Source: Vulcanimicrobiota bacterium (GTDB lineage: Bacteria > Vulcanimicrobiota > Vulcanimicrobiia > Vulcanimicrobiales > Vulcanimicrobiaceae). From it: a DNA stretch of 64,000 nucleotides. The translations under genes were made by a program, and so were the position numbers. Of this stretch, positions 10,334-19,968 are shown piece by piece. The notes below the pieces were generated by a model. That model saw only the letters and a list, made by a program, of their open reading frames with translations, searched no databases and was not told where the DNA came from. Position 1 is the stretch's first letter. The number at the start of each line of letters is the position of its first letter. Where the stretch lies: contig OY970223.1 of NCBI GenBank assembly GCA_963714015.1, positions 576,001 to 640,000 of the forward strand. The letters are read 5' to 3'.

Positions 10334-11120
10334 ATGATGTCCATAGACGACGAGGCACTGCTTCATCCGCAGCCGGGACACCACTACTGTCAGTCTGTTC
10401 GAAGCTGACGCACGGCTGCTTGCACGAAACGCAGCCGCGTTCTTGTCCGGTACGCTGCTTTCAAATCAGCATGCAGTCGTCATTGCGGGCTCGTTCAACT
10501 TAACCGCCATCTATCGCGAACTTCAAACGCTCGGCGCCGAACCGCAGAAGGCGTTGCGCGAGTCCCGTCTGCTCCTCATCGACGCGCAGGACATGCTCGA
10601 TCGATTCATGTCCGCCGGCTACCCCGACGCTCGGCGTTTCGACGCAAGCGTCGGCAACTTGGTACGGTCTATCGCTCGGCGCGGCTCCCAGCTGCGCGCA
10701 TACGGCGAGATGGTCGGCGTTCTTTGGAGCCGAGGCGAAGACGCTGCAGCGTTACGGCTCGAGCACCTTTGGAACAAGCTGCGCAAAGAAGTGCCGTTCA
10801 GCTTGTTTTGCGGCTATCCCATCGACGTCTTCGGCGATCATTTTGAGTCGGGCTCCGTCGACGGCCTGCTGAGCGCGCATACCCATCTGCTGTCGGCCGG
10901 GCCCGGTGAATCCGTGCACGCGGCCGTGGCGCGGGCTGTGCAGGAGGTCGTCGGCGACAACGTTTTATCGCCCCCCTCGACCGGCCAAGACCAAGCAACG
11001 GCAACCCTGCCGAAGGGGGAGCGGCTTATCCTATGGGTTCGCAAGAATTTGCCGGAGAAGGCGCCGGAAATTCTCGCTTTGGCAAGGACTTATCAGCAAG
11101 AACTCTCTGCCGCTTCCTGA
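10334..11120 (+). CDS. Stand-alone MEDS sensory-domain protein (+1 frameshift at 10394)
   Basis: HHYCQ|LFEAD start, RAYGEMVGVLW, ALRLEHLWN, LFCGYP, AHTH motifs; deleting T10394 joins ATG 10334 to ORF 10443..11120. Confidence 0.8.
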
Positions 11121-11297
11121 GGCTTAACGCTCCTCGGAGTGCAGCAGTACCGGCAGCCGCCTACACGCCGCACGGGCATCCTCGTAAAGCAAAGTCCGGT
11201 GAAAGCTCCGTAAAGAAGCGCATTTTCCGCCTATTCCGGCCGTTACTTCAAGCGTTGGGGGAGCCGCGACGGCTACCCCAGAAAGGGGCGCTGACAC

Positions 11298-11771
11298 ATG
11301 AGCAAACTCGCCGGGCTTTTTCTTTTATTGACCCTTCTGTATGGCTGCGGCGGCGCCGGCTATTTGCCATATGCTCCGCACGCGCTCGACCCGACGCAAA
11401 TTCAGGCTCTGGTGAGCGACGCGTCCTCGCGTAACGGCGTTCCGCCGGCTTTGGTGAATGCGGTCGTGATGGCGGAGTCCGCCGGAGATCCCTCGGCGAT
11501 CAGTCCCGCAGGAGCACAAGGCATCATGCAGCTGATGCCCGGCACGTCCCAGTCTTGCGGAATCCAGAATCCCTTCGATGCTCAGCAAAACATGGATTGC
11601 GGCACGCGCTACCTGCGCGGGTTGCTGGCGCGATACGACAATAACGTCGAGCTGGCGGTCGCGGCCTACAACGCCGGACCCGGTGCGGTCGACCATTACC
11701 GCGGCGTTCCGCCCTTTTCCGAAACGCGCGCGTACGTGGCGCGGGTTCTGACCGCTTACCGGAACTACTAG
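11298..11771 (+). CDS. Lytic transglycosylase (SLT domain) lipoprotein
   Basis: Lipobox LLYGC; AES, AISPAGAQGIMQLMP, AAYNAGPG, ETRAYV motifs. Confidence 0.93.
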   Translation: MSKLAGLFLLLTLLYGCGGAGYLPYAPHALDPTQIQALVSDASSRNGVPPALVNAVVMAESAGDPSAISPAGAQGIMQLMPGTSQSCGIQNPFDAQQNMDCGTRYLRGLLARYDNNVELAVAAYNAGPGAVDHYRGVPPFSETRAYVARVLTAYRNY

Positions 11772-11784
11772 CCGCAGCGGAAGT

Positions 11785-12939
11785 ATGGCGACAATCAGCG
11801 GAGCTCGCTCGGCGCCGGTCGGTTTGCTCCGCAAATTGCGTCTGCCCATCCTCGACTCATATGTGCTCGCCGAGTTCCTGGGGCCGTTCGCATTTGCGTT
11901 CCTGGCCTTTTTTCTGTTCTGGGGCTTCAATATTTTCTTCTTGGCGGCGAAGTACATCATCCAGCAGAACGCGCCGTTCTTCTTGGTCATGCGCTTTGTC
12001 GCATTCCGCATCCCCCAGTCGATCCCGATGGCTTTTCCCTTCGCCACAATCTTCGCGACGCTGCTGGGCATCGGCCGCCTCATGGCGGACAACGAAATCA
12101 ACGCCATCCGCACCTCCGGCGTATCCCTGTGGCGGCTCTCGCTGACGCCGTTCATTTTCGGCCTCGTCGTCTTTGGTTTCACGTACACGACCAACGAATA
12201 CGTCGCCCCTAAGGCGGTCGATCTCTCGACGCGGACGTTCTACCAGATCATTTATCACACTGCCGCGCTTCCGGTGGAACCGCAGTTCTTTCGCAAGGAT
12301 CCGGATACGGGAAACGTCTTCTTCGTAAGCCAGGTCTTGCCTGATATGAAAACGATGGCGGGCGTGCAGATTTTCAAGCCCGGACGCAGCGGTTATTGGA
12401 ACGAGACGATCCAAGCCAAGACCGCGCACGTGGAAGGCGCGACGCTGGTAATGACCCAGGCCGTGACCACGTTCTACAACGCCGACGGCTTTATGACCGC
12501 TCAGAACACGACGCCCGAGCTGCGCATCGGCCTGCCTCTTGCGGAAAGCGCCGCGCAGTTCATGAGTACCGCCAATAGCGACGCATGGACCATGAACACC
12601 AAGCAGCTCACTCAGCAAGTAAACGCTTTGCGCGATCAGGGCGTCGGCGGCGAGGCTCTTGGGAATCTGGAGATAAATCTCGCCGACAAACTCGCGTTTC
12701 CGTTCTCAGCAGTGGTCAGCGTGCTCATCGCGCTTCCGATGGCCATACGGTTCGGGAAAAAAGGCCGCGCGATGGGAATGGCTTTGGCCATTGTTGCGTT
12801 CTTCGTGTATTACGTCTTGACCGAAGCGGCGTCGGTTTTCGGAAGCACGGGTCACGTTAATCCATACTTCGCATCCTGGCTCCCCAACATCGTCTTCGGT
12901 CTGTCCGGCCTCTGGCTGCTCTGGAGCGACGAACACTGA
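11785..12939 (+). CDS. LptF/LptG family LPS export permease
   Basis: ILDSYV..EF, L..DNEINAIRTSGVS, LAFPF, ASWLPNIVF; 3+3 TM layout. Confidence 0.9.
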   Translation: MATISGARSAPVGLLRKLRLPILDSYVLAEFLGPFAFAFLAFFLFWGFNIFFLAAKYIIQQNAPFFLVMRFVAFRIPQSIPMAFPFATIFATLLGIGRLMADNEINAIRTSGVSLWRLSLTPFIFGLVVFGFTYTTNEYVAPKAVDLSTRTFYQIIYHTAALPVEPQFFRKDPDTGNVFFVSQVLPDMKTMAGVQIFKPGRSGYWNETIQAKTAHVEGATLVMTQAVTTFYNADGFMTAQNTTPELRIGLPLAESAAQFMSTANSDAWTMNTKQLTQQVNALRDQGVGGEALGNLEINLADKLAFPFSAVVSVLIALPMAIRFGKKGRAMGMALAIVAFFVYYVLTEAASVFGSTGHVNPYFASWLPNIVFGLSGLWLLWSDEH

Positions 12940-15443
12940 AAAAACGCGCGCTGCTGTGCTTGATCGCTTTCATCGGAAGCATCACGCCCACGTTTGCGTC
13001 ATCGTCGACGCCGCGCTGGGACGATCCCGACTCTCAGCGCGTGATGCAGCTGCTCAACGGACAAAGCTGCGCGGTGCGCCTTGGGGACGATTCTCAGAAT
13101 TCGCAGGAAGTCGCGCGCGTTCAGTTTACGCCGACGCCGTTTCCAACGTTTACTCCGGTTCCGACGCCCACGCCCTTTGGTTCCACGCCGACACCTTCCC
13201 CGTCCCCGTCGTTCCCGCCGTTCGGACAGCCGTTCCCGCCGAACGGGAGCCCATACGCCACGCCGTTTCCGCGCGGAACGGGGGTAACGCCGCCGCCCGT
13301 TCCGACACCAACACCGATGGTGCAGGGCACCCCGGGGCCGGTCTATCTCACCCGCTCCTCCGCCCCGCCGTCGATTGCGCCGGCGAACCCGTTCGGCACG
13401 CCCGCGCCGGGCCCGACGCCCAGCGCCGTTCCTACCCTCCCGCCGGGGCATATCGCCGTCATCGCCGACAAAGTCAGCGGCAGCACCAAGAACGGCGTTC
13501 CGGGTGATGCGACCGGAAACGTGCATGTGTTCTATTCGAACGAAGTGCTCGTCGGCGATCGGGCGCATTATGACGGCGTGAAGACGATCACGGTGACCGG
13601 GCATCCGTACATCCTCAACCAAGCGAAAGATTCCGTCTTGTACGCGGACCAGATCGTCTTCGATCTCGTCGCCGAAAAGGCATATTTGTACAAAGGCCGC
13701 GGGGAGAGCACGCAAGGCGTGCAGACCGGACTCGTCTACTATAGCGCCGTCGACATGCACACGGACCAACACGGCGTGGCGCACGGCGACTATACCAGCC
13801 TCACGACGTGCGATAATCCGCGTGCCGGTTATCACGTCACAGGAAAAACGATCGACGTCTACCCCGGCGACAAGATCGTCATAACCAAGGCGATCATGTG
13901 GCTTGGCGCCGCAGCGGTGTTCTTTCTGCCGCGGGTGGTCATTCCGCTGCGCACGGTGAGCGATCAGCGACAGAAGCCGCAGCTGTTCCCCGACATGGGC
14001 TACAACGATCTGCAAGGCTACTACATTCGAACCAAGCTGGGTTTCGGCAAAGACCAATACTATTACGGAACTTACGACGTCGAGTTTTACAGCCGGCAAG
14101 GATTGACGCTGGGCTACAGCGGTCAGATTACCAAGAAGAACGGCAGGCGCGTCACGCAGATCACCGTTCAGCGCGTCGAGAACCACTTGCCCGGCGCCAG
14201 CAATACGACGAATGCGCAGCTCCAGGATCAAGAAAACTTCTCGCAGACGCTCCGCGGGCAACTGGGGTTCAACTACCAAGGCTCCTATGGGCCATACACG
14301 AGTTTTCCGCCGCAAGAGCAGTACTCGACGCAGGTTGCCCACGACACCGCCAAGGACTCACAGTCCTACACGTTCAGCCGCAGTGCGGTTTCGGGGCAGT
14401 CTACGAACGATAACTACGGATTTACGGACACGCGCACGTTTGAAACGGATCTCCAGAACGATTTCAGCGTGGCGCTCACGCACAGCAACACGTACGGAAC
14501 GTTCACGTCATCGAACGCGACCGCAACCTACAGCGATCTGCTGCATTGGGCCAGCCGCGGCGCGGACTACGAGCTGGACTTCGACAAGACGCTTGCGGCC
14601 ACACCGTACGGTTTGAACAAAGAACCCGAACTGACGATTCGGCCGCAAGAATTCTTTCCGCATCTCAGCTTTCCAATCGCTCCCACGTTTACCGTGGGCG
14701 AGTACAACGAACCCGCCACGCCCGAGACGACGCAGCGCGCCGATCTGGCGTTCGACGTGGGACCGGCGCTCTACAACATCTACGGCAACGACCTGAGCGC
14801 CACGCTGAACGTCGACCAGTTCTTATACGGCACCGGCGACGAGAAGGCGAGCATTCAGCAGACGCTCGATCTGACCTCGCCCATCGGACGCCACATGGTC
14901 AATAACGTCACGTACGACGAGGAGAACTTCAACGGTCCGGGCACTGTGCCGTTCTCCACGATCGATCTCCAGGACACGCCCAACACGAAGACCGCAAACG
15001 ACATCCTACGCATCTTCAACGGCGACGTGTACGATCTCTCGCTCAGTTATTCCACGCTCTTCGAGCCGCAGGCCCAGCCGATCTCATACGTTCTGACGAC
15101 TCGCCCCTCGCCGCGATCGTATGCGACCATCAGCGGCACGTTCAATCCCGGACCGGGCAACGGCTTTTACACGACCAACTTTCAAACGATAACGCCCTTC
15201 GGGCGCGACTCCTGGATCAATTTCGCCGGCGACTTCAACTGGAAAGAAGACGGACGGATTGAAAACAAGAGCATCTTTTACAGCCACATCATCGGCGGCT
15301 GTTATGAGTTTCAGCTCCAGTACAACCAGAGCGCCAGCACGGTCAACCTGGCCGTGTTCATCCTCGCATTTCCTACGCAGGCAGCGGAATTCCAGCTGAA
15401 CTCCTCCGGCACGGTGCTTCCCTCGAGTTTCAACGGCATTTAG
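12936..15443 (+). CDS. LptD-like outer-membrane assembly protein with Pro/Thr-rich N-terminal linker (probable CTG start at 12936; ORF track start 12960)
   Basis: OstA-like repeats (ATGNVHV, ITVTG), TTCD..P.Y, aromatic-rich beta-strand C-terminus; follows lptF; signal peptide MKKRALLCLIAF. Confidence 0.7.
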   Translation: MKKRALLCLIAFIGSITPTFASSSTPRWDDPDSQRVMQLLNGQSCAVRLGDDSQNSQEVARVQFTPTPFPTFTPVPTPTPFGSTPTPSPSPSFPPFGQPFPPNGSPYATPFPRGTGVTPPPVPTPTPMVQGTPGPVYLTRSSAPPSIAPANPFGTPAPGPTPSAVPTLPPGHIAVIADKVSGSTKNGVPGDATGNVHVFYSNEVLVGDRAHYDGVKTITVTGHPYILNQAKDSVLYADQIVFDLVAEKAYLYKGRGESTQGVQTGLVYYSAVDMHTDQHGVAHGDYTSLTTCDNPRAGYHVTGKTIDVYPGDKIVITKAIMWLGAAAVFFLPRVVIPLRTVSDQRQKPQLFPDMGYNDLQGYYIRTKLGFGKDQYYYGTYDVEFYSRQGLTLGYSGQITKKNGRRVTQITVQRVENHLPGASNTTNAQLQDQENFSQTLRGQLGFNYQGSYGPYTSFPPQEQYSTQVAHDTAKDSQSYTFSRSAVSGQSTNDNYGFTDTRTFETDLQNDFSVALTHSNTYGTFTSSNATATYSDLLHWASRGADYELDFDKTLAATPYGLNKEPELTIRPQEFFPHLSFPIAPTFTVGEYNEPATPETTQRADLAFDVGPALYNIYGNDLSATLNVDQFLYGTGDEKASIQQTLDLTSPIGRHMVNNVTYDEENFNGPGTVPFSTIDLQDTPNTKTANDILRIFNGDVYDLSLSYSTLFEPQAQPISYVLTTRPSPRSYATISGTFNPGPGNGFYTTNFQTITPFGRDSWINFAGDFNWKEDGRIENKSIFYSHIIGGCYEFQLQYNQSASTVNLAVFILAFPTQAAEFQLNSSGTVLPSSFNGI
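13126..13445 (+). repeat. Pro/Thr-rich low-complexity coding repeat (PTPFP/PTPTP units)
   Basis: TPTPFPTFTPVPTPTPFGSTPTPSPSP...PGPTPSAVPTLPP in the LptD-like ORF. Confidence 0.8.
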
Positions 15444-15517
15444 CAGACTCTAAAACGGGACACCGCTCGATGGAGCAGAAATAGCGGGGTCCGGGATCAC
15501 TGATGAAAGGACGAGCT

Positions 15518-16136
15518 ATGAAAAGCCGCCCCATTTTCTTACTTTTGGGATTCGTGCTGGCGCTCTCGGCATGCGGCAGCGGTACGGCCGGAGTCTCTCC
15601 GGCGTTTTCCGGTTCTAACCAGACTTGCGTCGCAAAATGCGGCCCCCTCGGGCGTGCCGGACTCTCCTCGGGTGGAGTACTGCAAGTCGACGCACGGCAC
15701 GGTTCAGATGCGCGAAGCCGAATACGGCACGAACGGCAGCAATCCGCTGCCTCTGGCGAATTACGAAACATTCTGCCGCTACACGGCCAAAGCCGACGGA
15801 TCGCGCATCTACATCAATGCCTATTCACTCTACACGAGTCAGCCCACTCTGGCAGTCCTGGCATATCTGGCGAAAGTTCCGAACGGCAGCTGCGAGGGTA
15901 ATCCGGCTTCGTGTTACTGCACGCTGCTCGGCGGAAGCGATCAGTTCGGTGGCACGACGGGTGCCGGAGGCGGCTGGGTTTACAAGACGAGCGTCGATCC
16001 CGTCCTAGAAGCCTGCATCTTTCCCGACATGTCGTCGATCGACTCGTGGGGCTTGATCTATCACGCCAACAACATCATTCGGGGCATCGACCTCTCGAAG
16101 GTCATCAATTACAAGGGGCCCCCGATGCGGAGCTGA
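15518..16136 (+). CDS. Cys-containing lipoprotein with DUF333-like repeats (+1 frameshift at 15623)
   Basis: Lipobox LSAC in one frame; NPASCYC..LGG...CIFPD..IDSWGL in the next; deleting A15623 joins them. Confidence 0.7.
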
Positions 16137-16138
16137 GT

Positions 16139-16300
16139 CTACTGCACGTCGCACGGCGGGTGACCGCAGCCGCAAACCTCCATTTCGATGCCGTTTTCGT
16201 CCGAGTCTTTGCATGCGCTGCTGCAGTACTCTTCCGTTTCGATCTCCGCGGTAAGCACGCAGTTGCATAGGTCGTGGGCGCACTCGATGCTCTGTTGCAT
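16139..16300 (-). CDS. Bacterial metallothionein (SmtA/BmtA-like), 53 aa, absent from ORF track
   Basis: MQQSIECAHDLCNCVLTAEIETEEYCSSACKDSDENGIEMEVCGCGHPPCDVQ; 8 Cys + 2 His; YCSxAC core; AGGAG RBS before ATG. Confidence 0.85.
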   Translation of the reverse strand: MQQSIECAHDLCNCVLTAEIETEEYCSSACKDSDENGIEMEVCGCGHPPCDVQ

Positions 16301-16318
16301 GTTTGCTCCTTACCCAGG

Positions 16319-17140
16319 CTACGGATTATTGATGACTTGGCCGCCTTCTATTTGCGCGCTCTGCGATGACACGCTCGGCCACCCGCCCTGCGCCGTCCAC
16401 GTGCAGTTCGTTACGGACGTAAAGCTGTAGCACGTAGTGGAGGTGCCGACGTCCACGAGAAAACTGAACGTGCTTTTGTCCTGAGGACCTTGAAGGCCCG
16501 GCGCATCGACGATCGTTCCGGTCGTAGGCGAAACGGTCCACCAATTGATCGCCCAAAGCGTACTGGATCCGCAGGGAGAGCCGCCGCCCGGCGAAGCCGA
16601 AGCGGTCGGAGATGAGGACGGCGTCGTACTGGGCGACGACGTGGCGGTGCCGGTCGGACAGGTGGTCGGGGTCGGTGTCGGCGTCGCGACCGACGACGGC
16701 GGCTGGACGAGCACCGCCCGATTGATCGTCAGACAAAATTGCGTGCCCTGCTGATTGCAATTGGTATTTAATACGACGTCCTGCGGGGAATAGCCGATCG
16801 GCGGCAACTGCACGCGAATCGTATGATTTCCGGTACCGATTGCACTGCCGTACGGGTAAATCGTTACGCTGGGCTGCGCGCCGTTCTGGCTGGATACGAT
16901 GATTTCAAAGTCGATGTTTTGATAATTGTAGACTTGCGACGCGTAAAACGGTTCCGGCTCCTGGCCCTCTTGATTGACCACGATCATGTAGACGTTGTTG
17001 GTAAAGTCCAGCTGGCCTTGCGTCGTGAAATTGATCTGCAAAGTACCGAGCTGGCTTGCCCGGTCGGGCGTAACTTGCCGTCCGCACGATGCGAGCGTTA
17101 GCGAGAGCGCAACGAGCGCCAGGATGATTCTACGCAGCAT
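16319..17140 (-). CDS. Lipoprotein of unknown function with Ser/Thr/Pro-rich linker
   Basis: GGAGG RBS, MLRRIILALVALSLTLASC lipobox; TPTPTPTT linker. Confidence 0.75.
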   Translation of the reverse strand: MLRRIILALVALSLTLASCGRQVTPDRASQLGTLQINFTTQGQLDFTNNVYMIVVNQEGQEPEPFYASQVYNYQNIDFEIIVSSQNGAQPSVTIYPYGSAIGTGNHTIRVQLPPIGYSPQDVVLNTNCNQQGTQFCLTINRAVLVQPPSSVATPTPTPTTCPTGTATSSPSTTPSSSPTASASPGGGSPCGSSTLWAINWWTVSPTTGTIVDAPGLQGPQDKSTFSFLVDVGTSTTCYSFTSVTNCTWTAQGGWPSVSSQSAQIEGGQVINNP

Positions 17141-17343
17141 AGGTCCTCCAGGGCCGGTTTTTGCTTTTACCGCGGGCACAGACTCTCCGCTCGAGATTGT
17201 GGACGACGAGCTTGGGAATGACCTTGGGTTCGCCCGCTCCGTGCGCCCCCGCGCCGGTCAACGATCGAAGAACTAGGACGTGAGGCGTCTTGGTTAAATC
17301 TAACCGGCCTTGAGTATACCGGCCGAACGTTCCCAAAATCATC

Positions 17344-18912
17344 TTGCGTAAAGTCCTCGTCTCTGCGCGCGCCGTCGAATTGACAGTAGCCATGCTCAGT
17401 GCCGTAGCACTGGCTTTGGCGTTCCCTAAAGCGGGACAAGCGTGGCTCGCTCCGCTCGGTGCCGCAGGCCTCTTTTGGACCTGGCGGTCCCCTTCATGGA
17501 AACGCGCGTTCTTTACCGGATGGTTCGCCGGCGCCGTTTTTTTTGGAATCAACCTGTCGTGGATAACCTATACCGTCGGCAGCTACGTCGGCGCGCTGGC
17601 GTTCGCGGTCGTCATGATTCCCGCCCTCGTGGAGGGGCTGGCGTTCGCGCTGACGGCTGTGGCTTTTCGCGGCGCACTATTGGTCGCTCCGCAATGGCTC
17701 GCGCCCGCAGCGGGCGCAGCGGCTTTCGGCGTTTTCGAGTGGTTGCGATCGATCGGGATAACCGGCCTGCCGTTCGCGCAAATCGGTTATTCTCAAACCT
17801 CGACGCCGCTCGCCGTCTTCGCGGCGTACATCGGTTGTTTCGGCGTGACGTTCGTCGTCATGCTCATCGGCGGATACGTCGCTCATGCGGTGGTGACGCG
17901 GCGGCCCGGAGCGCTTGCCGTAGTCGTGCTGATCGTCGCCGCAAGTTGGGGCGTATGTTTTGCCGATTGGCCGGCGCGTCATACGCCGGCGCCGTTTATG
18001 CGCGTCGCAGCGGTGCAGGGCAACATCGCGCAATCGATCAAGTGGAATCCGCAGACGCTGCCGAGGAGTGTGTCGCGTTACACCGCTCTGACGGAAAAAC
18101 TGGCGCCCTTTCATCCGTCGCTCATCGTATGGCCGGAAACGGTCGTGACGACGGATCTCAACGACAACGAATTCACTGCCGTCATTCCGCGGCTACGCAA
18201 GCAGATTCCCCGCGATTCGTCGCTCAGTTCGCAATTCGCGCGGCTGGCGCACCGCATGAATGCAACGCTCGTCGTCGGCAGCGTCGATATTCACTACGGA
18301 CCCGAGAATCTTCGCGAGTACAACGCGCTTTACACGTACGGGCCCGCCGGTGTGCTCGAAAACATCTATGACAAGCGTCAGCTCGTGCCGTTCGTCGAGA
18401 GTCTCCCTGCTCCGCGGTTTTGGTCCTGGCTGCCGCACGCCGATCTGATTAGCCGGCTGGGTCACGGCATGGTTCCGGCCGTCATTCCGGCCGGACCTCT
18501 GGAATTTGCGCCGCTGATTTGCTGGGAATCCGCGTTTCCGGACATCATCCATTCTCAGTTGCAAAACGGGGCTCAGTTCCTCGTCATCTCCACTGACGAC
18601 GCATGGTTCGGTGAGACGTCGGGAACGTATCAGCATGCACAGATCGCGCAGATGCGCGCCATCGAGTCGGGCGAGTGGGTGCTTCAATCGGCGTCCACGG
18701 GGATCAGCGGAATCATCTCGCCCGCAGGTGATTGGACGGAGTCGCTCGGCGTCGAACGCGAGGGTATCGTCGCCGGCAACGTGGGTTTTCCCGCCGGTTC
18801 GCTGTTTGCGCGCATCGGTCCGAATCCCGTCATCTTCGGCTTCGTCGTGTTATACGGATTGGTGTTGATAGGCGGGTGGGCGCTGCGGCCGAGTGATAAT
18901 GCGGCGAATTAA
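17344..18912 (+). CDS. lnt: Apolipoprotein N-acyltransferase
   Basis: QGNI, WPE, YDK.QLVPF, PLICWES catalytic motifs; multiple TMs; start could be 17392. Confidence 0.93.
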   Translation: MRKVLVSARAVELTVAMLSAVALALAFPKAGQAWLAPLGAAGLFWTWRSPSWKRAFFTGWFAGAVFFGINLSWITYTVGSYVGALAFAVVMIPALVEGLAFALTAVAFRGALLVAPQWLAPAAGAAAFGVFEWLRSIGITGLPFAQIGYSQTSTPLAVFAAYIGCFGVTFVVMLIGGYVAHAVVTRRPGALAVVVLIVAASWGVCFADWPARHTPAPFMRVAAVQGNIAQSIKWNPQTLPRSVSRYTALTEKLAPFHPSLIVWPETVVTTDLNDNEFTAVIPRLRKQIPRDSSLSSQFARLAHRMNATLVVGSVDIHYGPENLREYNALYTYGPAGVLENIYDKRQLVPFVESLPAPRFWSWLPHADLISRLGHGMVPAVIPAGPLEFAPLICWESAFPDIIHSQLQNGAQFLVISTDDAWFGETSGTYQHAQIAQMRAIESGEWVLQSASTGISGIISPAGDWTESLGVEREGIVAGNVGFPAGSLFARIGPNPVIFGFVVLYGLVLIGGWALRPSDNAAN

Positions 18913-19462
18913 TTGGCGCAAGGCGGCATGGATTACCGGCGGCGTGCTGCTCGTTTGGCTGATCGTCGGGATTATTTTAGCGGGCAACGAGCCGGGCGGA
19001 ATACCACCCGGATCGGCGCCGATCACGCTGCGCGGCGGCCGCGTCACCGGCAACCGCATCAGCACGCGCAGCTGGTCGTTCCAATATACGAAGGCGCAGA
19101 CCACGCCGGACGGGACGTTCGCTACGATCGACGGAGTAAAGAACGGCATTTTGTACAAGAAGGGAAAACCGTACTTGAGGATCTCCGCGCAGCACGTGTC
19201 CCTCAATACGCAAACGCTCGATTTCACCGCGATCGGCGACGTTCACGTCTCGTCGATCAATCCGAATGACGGAATTCCCAAATCGTTCGACACCGATCTC
19301 GTCCAGTGGGGCAACAGCAGCAAACTGCTGCAGCTCACTCATCCCAGTATCGTGCATACCGGAAACGAGATATTGCGCGTCGCCACCATCACCGTCGACT
19401 TCAACACGAACGACGTGCATATGGGCAAGGTGCAAGGTTCGGTAGAGGCTCCGCTGCAGTGA
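18893..19462 (+). CDS. LptC-like periplasmic beta-jellyroll protein
   Basis: Single N-terminal TM then repeated beta-strands (ISAQHV, FTAIGDVHV, FDTDLVQW); envelope context. Confidence 0.55.
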   Translation: MIMRRINWRKAAWITGGVLLVWLIVGIILAGNEPGGIPPGSAPITLRGGRVTGNRISTRSWSFQYTKAQTTPDGTFATIDGVKNGILYKKGKPYLRISAQHVSLNTQTLDFTAIGDVHVSSINPNDGIPKSFDTDLVQWGNSSKLLQLTHPSIVHTGNEILRVATITVDFNTNDVHMGKVQGSVEAPLQ

Positions 19463-19968
19463 AACGAATCCTCTGGTGCACGCTCGCGGCTGCCGCTATG
19501 GCCTGGTCGGGATGTGCTAAGAAGAGCCCGCAGAGTGCGCCGACGCGGTCCCCGCGTCCGATTGCGACGCTGCTCATTGAATCAAAGGGCATCACCATGC
19601 CGTTTAGGCTCGCGGTGCGCTCGCTCAGATTCCGGCCGTTCCTGCCGCGGGCGACCATCCTGGAAACAGCGGTTATCCCGCCGCTCAACGTCGACCGGCA
19701 AAAGAGCCACGGCATTGCGTTCGAGTATGCCTCGGCAAACAGCGTCCTACTGCTCTCCGAGTGGCCGAGAGCGGGCGCGAACCTGACGTGGGCCGACGCC
19801 GGCGGCACGCCTTGCGCACCCAGCGCCTATAAGGCCGGCAGTGTTATCTGGACGACTCACACGGGGCTTGTGATGACTCTGCAGCCGGATGGTGCTGTGG
19901 AACCCTCGAGCGTTCAGCGCGAGGCGCGCCGCTTGATTGCAAGCGGCGCCTGCGGAAAACCGGGCTAG
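19459..19968 (+). CDS. Hypothetical lipoprotein
   Basis: GTGA overlap with previous stop; MKRILWCTLAAAAMAWSGC lipobox-like. Confidence 0.65.
   Translation: MKRILWCTLAAAAMAWSGCAKKSPQSAPTRSPRPIATLLIESKGITMPFRLAVRSLRFRPFLPRATILETAVIPPLNVDRQKSHGIAFEYASANSVLLLSEWPRAGANLTWADAGGTPCAPSAYKAGSVIWTTHTGLVMTLQPDGAVEPSSVQREARRLIASGACGKPG

Noticed and set aside
11121..11297. GCAAA...GAAA motif upstream of the lytic transglycosylase resembling a c-di-GMP-I riboswitch
   Set aside because: I could not build the P1/P2 pairings or find the GACGCAAA-type element; needs an Infernal scan.
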